In this document: piece by piece, positions 59,107 through 64,000 of the stretch
Position numbering within the stretch: position 1 is the stretch's first letter
Layout: each line of letters begins with the position of its first letter
Assembly: GCA_037447605.1 (NCBI GenBank)
Contig: CM074822.1
Span: 1,697,492-1,761,491, forward strand
From: Zygnema circumcarinatum SAG 698-1b
Lineage: Eukaryota > Plantae > Zygnematophyceae
Direction: 5' to 3'
DNA: 64,000 nt
Program-made: the position numbers and the translations under genes
Notes under the pieces: model-generated
What the model saw: only the letters and a program-made list of their open reading frames with translations
What the model was told of the DNA's origin: nothing
Database searches by the model: none

Positions 59107-61825
59107 ATGGCTCGGGTCTCTTCTGCCTCTTGGGTGGTGGCTGCTCTACTTTTGACCTCTTTTGCTGCAGCGAATGCTCGTCGCCAGTCACATCGCGAGG
59201 AAGAGGAGTTTGTAGCTCCTGAGATGCAGGAGTATTTCAAGAATGAGGGAGGCCGCGTGGAATGTATCAGCGAGAAGTTCAAGCTGCTTCGAGTGCGTTG
59301 TCACTCGAAACTCAGTATCTGAACGTCAATTGAAAGGATCATATGACGATGTTTTCTATTTGACAAGCAATACGTTTTCCTTTAATGGGTTCTTATGTTT
59401 ATTTCGCATTTTGCTCGCCAGGATGCCAATCTTGCTGCAGCTGTTGTGACAATCGAGCCGAATTCTCTAGCTCTTCCTGCGTATGCAAACGTCGCCACAT
59501 TGAAATACATCATCCGGGGGAAGGCGCGCGCAAATCTCATCACCCCAGTCGGCCTTCCAACAAATGTCAAGTATGTCGTACATTTTTTCTCTCTCTCCTT
59601 CTCTTTCTCTCTCTCAGTTGCCTTTTTCTTTGCTTCTTTGTACTTGTTTACTTTTCAATTTTCATTGAAATTCTCACCGATTATTGTTCTCAGTTACCTT
59701 CTCCTTTGCTTCTTAGTACTCGTTTACGATTCAATTTTCATTGAAATTCTCACCGATTGTTGTTCTGCCTTGCGAGCAGGCATCTCGAGAAGGGAGACGT
59801 GTTGGCAGTGCCGAAGGGATGGACCGTTTGGATTTGGAACGATGGTGATGAACCGCTCCGAATGGTCGGCGTCGCGCGGAGGTCCGACCGGCAGGGCAGC
59901 CACCTCCGCCCGCAAGCCTTCCACCTTATGGGGGGGAAGGAGGAGAAGGCGGGAGGACTCGTCCATGGGTTTAGGTGAAAGTCCTTCTATCAAGCTACGA
60001 TGTAGACTGAATTGGGTTTTTTAGGGTTTTTTAAGTGGGGAGTTTTTGCTTTGGATTAGCTTTCTTCCTTCCCTTTTTTTGAGCTGATTCACATCTTCCT
60101 TGGTAGATTTTCAGAAGATATTTAGAGCGTTCAAGACTGAAATTTTTTCTTGAAACGTCCTTTTTGCAGCAAGAAGATTCTCGCACGTGCGTGGGATGTT
60201 GAGGAGGATGACGTGCAACAGCTCAGGGAGTCCCAACAGGATGCGTTCTTTGCAAGAGTTTCCGAAGGGGTATGTCCAGAACATTACATCAAACTGCAAC
60301 TATAGAAACATATTTTATGCTTCTTTGCTTCTGCAGAGTCTCGTCTGTAAATTTTTCTCATGCAGTTCTTAATTATCTCCTGTTTGTCGTCTGCATGTGT
60401 TTGCGTATCAGGATGCCTCCAAGATCACATGGCAGCAGAGCTCTCCCCTCCTCGGGGAATTTGTCCATAATGTTCGCCGCAGTGACCCGGACGTGTTTGT
60501 GAGAGACGGAGGCATGATCAACTCCATCAACGGAAGGAAGCTGCCATGGCTCAAACACCTTGATCTCTCCATGTCGTGGATTGAGCTCGAGGTCAGTGAG
60601 AGCTCCCACACGACTTATCCATTGTTGGGTGAGAGGGAGAGGGGAAGGGAGAGAGGGAGGGAGAGAGGTACGAGGATTGGAAGACTTAAGGAGAGAGAGC
60701 TGCTGTTTTTTTGGGGGAGAAGGGCGGAAAGTGATGTGGGCGGACAGCTTCTCTCGAGTTCACTAGTAATTATACAATTATGTATTCTTCTGTACTTGGA
60801 AAATTTTTCTTTCCTCTTTTTCAGGGAGGAGCCCTCTTGGCCCCGCACTACACGAACTCGTGGAGACTGCTTCACTTCGTCAACGGAAAGGGCCGCATAG
60901 AAATGGCGCACCCCGACGGCCGGAACGCGCTTCGTACGGACTTCAATGCAGGAGACAACATCGTTGTGCCCGCCTTCTACCCTGTCTCCATCGTAAGAAT
61001 TCTTTGCAGTCTTTGTTCCTCTTTCCTTGTCTCTCCGTTGCCTCTTGTTTCTTTCTCCCTCTCCCTCTCTCTCTCTCTCTCTTGATTGGTGTGCCTCTCT
61101 CACTCCCTTTTCTCTTCCTATCCCTTTCTCTCGTTTGCTGCCTCTCACCCTCTTTTCACTCTCCCTCTTGTCTTCCCTCTTGTCTTCTCCACCTCTCCCT
61201 CGTCTCTCGCTTTCTTTCTTTCTTTTTTTTCTGTCTTTCTTTCTTTCCTCGCTTTCTTTTCCCTTGATCCTTTCAACAGTGCGCGGATGAGAACGAGCGG
61301 CTCGAGATCGCGTCTTTTTCCAACACGGAGTTGACCATTCCCGCATTTTTGGCGGGGTACAACTCCCTTTACCACGCCCTCCCGAAGGAGGTCCTCCGCC
61401 AAGGCCTCAACCTCAAGGAAGAGCTCCTCGAGAAGGTTTACCGCACACGCCGCCGCAGACAGGAAGTCGCAATTTTCCCCCGCAGAGAGGAGGGGGGGAT
61501 GAAGGCACACCCCAATCTCTTCAAGGACGAAGGACCCGGCCCGGCCGCTTTCCAGGTGGGGTTCCTCTCAATTTTGGCCTATGTTCTTATGGTTTTTATG
61601 GTTTTATCTTCCTTTGTGTTGAGAAAGAGTTTCATAAGACCTTGTTGTTTGTTTAACAGCTCACTGCTGAGGAGCAAGGCTTGTTTACAGATATGGTGGG
61701 TTGGGTCTTGGTTTCAGCAAGGCTTGTTTACAGATATGGTGGGTTGGGTCTTGGTTTTTTGACAGGCTTATCTCCAAGATATGGAGCGGAGGATCGTGGA
61801 AGAACGAGGTGTGGGGATGTTCTGA
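59107..61825 (+). CDS. Secreted bicupin, 11S globulin/legumin/glutelin-like storage protein, 437 aa
   Basis: Exons 59107-59292, 59422-59570, 59780-59974, 60170-60269, 60412-60591, 60825-60992, 61280-61555 and 61766-61825 total 1314 nt in frame. Signal peptide, then cupin 1 (LALPAYAN..YIIRGKAR..KGDVLAVPKGWTVWIWNDGDEPL..GFSKKILARAWDV) and cupin 2 (DGGMINSINGRKLP..LLAPHY..NGKGRIEM..AGDNIVVPAFYPV..LAGYNSLYHALPKEVL). Confidence 0.9.
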
Positions 61826-62596
61826 AAGTGGAAAGCAGTAGAAACTTTGAATGTGTGAATAGGCAGTTGCCCAAGTGCGGGTACAATTTTGAGCATGAGA
61901 GGGATGAGAGAGAGAGAGTCTGAGAGCTTACTGCAGTTTTGGTTCCATTAGCAGTAGGCGCTCTCATAGGGTCCTTCGTTTTGCTTTTAGTGATAGATGA
62001 TACCGATACTCTCCAGAATGGGGGGTGGATAGAGGGAGGGAGAGCATGTCAAAGGAAGTTCGGAAATAAATCAAAGATGACTTCTTGATCGATGGAAGGT
62101 GTTTGTGATTGGCTTCTTGTTTATTGTGTCTTTAAACGAATTTTAACAGGAGAAGAGAAGATAAGAATAATTTGGAAAGTGATTTGCTCAATGTGCCGTC
62201 GTATATGCGGAGCAGGTTTCCATTTCGGCATGCAAAAATCTCAAGATAGCTTTGTGGCGATTTTACATTATAAAATAAACAATTCCAATTGATTTTAGCT
62301 TCAGCTTCATCAAGAGTTTGTTCGCCTCTCAACAATCTCCAACAGCAATTGCTATTTTACAGAAAACTTGAAGACTATGTTTTCCTCATTACAATCTTTA
62401 TAAACGAAAATATTGTCTTAATAATTCTTTTAGTTAAAAGTGCTATATAGCAAACTTACTACTTACTACTAACAAACTTACTACTAAACTTACTTAGCTA
62501 ATTTACAAACTATGAACACGAACTATGAACTATGAAGTCTGTACAGAAATCAGTCGACAACTAGTCGACTGAGTAATAAGAGGGCCTTCACTTTAA

Positions 62597-63821
62597 CTAT
62601 ACAATGACTAACTCGACATTACTAGCCCCCCCTTCATGCTTATACTTTTCATACAAAGCTCTCATTTCCTCTATAAACTTTTCCTGCACTTTCTTCACAT
62701 AGTCTTCGGCCGGCTCCGCCGAATGTTCCACTTCGATCGGTTTTCCGATGACTAATAGAAGGGGCTTAGAGAGAGGAACAGGGCCTCCCCACAATCCAAA
62801 GTAAAGAATTGGAGCGAATTTTAGGGCTCTGGCGAGCTCCTTGAACCACTTTCCACGTGGAAACCAAAAGTTGAACACATCCCGTTGGCCGAAACAAAAG
62901 GCGGGAACTATTGGAGAGCCCGTCGAGATCGCCATCCGAATGAAGCCGAGTCTCTTCTTAAGGTAAAGAATCTGGAGTCAAGAAACCACGAAACATGTAA
63001 GGGGAGGAAGGAGGAGGGAGAGAGGAAGAGAGGGAGGGAGGGAGGGTGGGAGGGAGGGGAAGGGGAAGGGGAGAGGGAGGGAGGGAGGGAGGGAGGATGG
63101 GAGGGTGAGGGAAGGGGGAAGGGAGGGAGGGAGGGAGGGAGGGAGGGAGGGGGAGGGGGGGAGGGGGAGGGGGGGAAGGGAGGGAGGGGGAGGCGGGGAA
63201 GGGCGGGAGGGGGGGGGGAGGGAGAGACGGAGCGAGGGAGAGTAGAGGGAGGGTTATTTGGAACATCAACGTTACTCTATTACTGAACACGCCGATAAAA
63301 CGTCATGAGAAAAGGACTGGAAATGATAGACTTTCATAAGCACTTCGATTAAAACCATAACTAGGAACCTAAACCCCCCAATCCCTTACCCTAACCTCAA
63401 CCCTAAGTCCCCAACACTAACCCCAAACTCCTTCCTATAACCAAGACCTAACCCTACCTAAGAGAAACCGATATCCAACAGGACTGCGTAGTTACAAATG
63501 AAGAAACCTTACTTCGCTTTTCCTATTCATGCAGAGACATTCCTGAACCCCTCCCGGAACGATGACGCAGCTTGTTCCCTCCCTCAGAAGCTTTGAGAAG
63601 GAGTCCTTTGAAGCCGCCGCGAGGCCGAGCCATGTCCAAAGATGGCGGCCGAGAGGAACAAGATCCAATGCGCTGCTGCCAAGTGTCCGCAAACGAGAGA
63701 AGGGGACGAGGCCGGAGCCGGGAGAGAAGGCCAAAAGGGAGACGGGCCATACAGAATGGGGCTCTAAAGCGATCACATATGCACGGTTGGGGTCGATAGA
63801 AGTCCCATCTTCCAAAATCAC
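62597..63821 (-). CDS. DGAT2: Diacylglycerol O-acyltransferase 2, last two exons; 5' part beyond the window
   Basis: Exons 63821-63513 and 62971-62597. Plant DGAT2 motifs PNRAYVIALEPHSVWP, RHLWTWLGL, VIVPGGVQE, LYLKKRLGFIRMA, PIVPAFCFGQ and VIGKPIEV. Confidence 0.93.
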
Positions 63822-64000
63822 CTGAAAGTGTGTGAGAGAGAAAGAGAGAGAGGGAGAGGAGAAGGGGGTGACAGTGAGAGAGAGGGAGAAAGGGAGAAGG
63901 GGGGGGTTACATTGACTAGCCTGATACCAGCTTGATAGCCTGATAGATGTATGAAGGCCTCTGAAAAAGTAAAGAAAGAGTTTATGAGAAGTGTGTTGAT

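Noticed and set aside
62551-62571. Palindrome CAGTCGAC-AACTA-GTCGACTG after the DGAT2 stop
   Set aside because: A single short hairpin with no further support. Intrinsic terminators are not relevant in this eukaryotic context.

Overview
Eukaryotic, intron-rich, microsatellite-laden plant-lineage DNA, most likely a streptophyte alga or other non-seed plant (inferred from gene content and divergence). There is one assembly gap (10 N, 12096-12105). I assembled spliced gene models by hand from GT-AG sites and frame continuity. In order they are: SQD2 (3' part), a GT43/IRX9-like xylosyltransferase, an expansin, Qc-SNARE SYP5, deubiquitinase UBP6/USP14, an intronless TSSC4-motif protein, a bHLH-MYC_N (RSS3/LHW-like) protein with a ~900-aa low-complexity tail, two small divergent orphan ORFs, a ~1400-aa coiled-coil protein, a secreted 11S-globulin-like bicupin and DGAT2 (3' part). 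Other features are a tRNA-Trp pseudogene, two MITEs, several CRE-like (RLE-type) LINE fragments with target-site duplications, telomere-like arrays and minisatellites. The most interesting signals are non-coding: (1) 14 exact copies of a fixed-spacing CCAAT-N10-CACG (ERSE-like) composite with unrelated spacers, some forming four ~53-bp dyads; (2) an RY + ABRE 'seed-type' promoter on the storage-globulin-like gene, which lies tail-to-tail with DGAT2; (3) an array of MSA (CAACGG) cores amplified by a minisatellite upstream of the coiled-coil gene; (4) LINE 3' ends repeatedly arranged tail-to-tail. All homology calls come from recalled family motifs; no database search was run.
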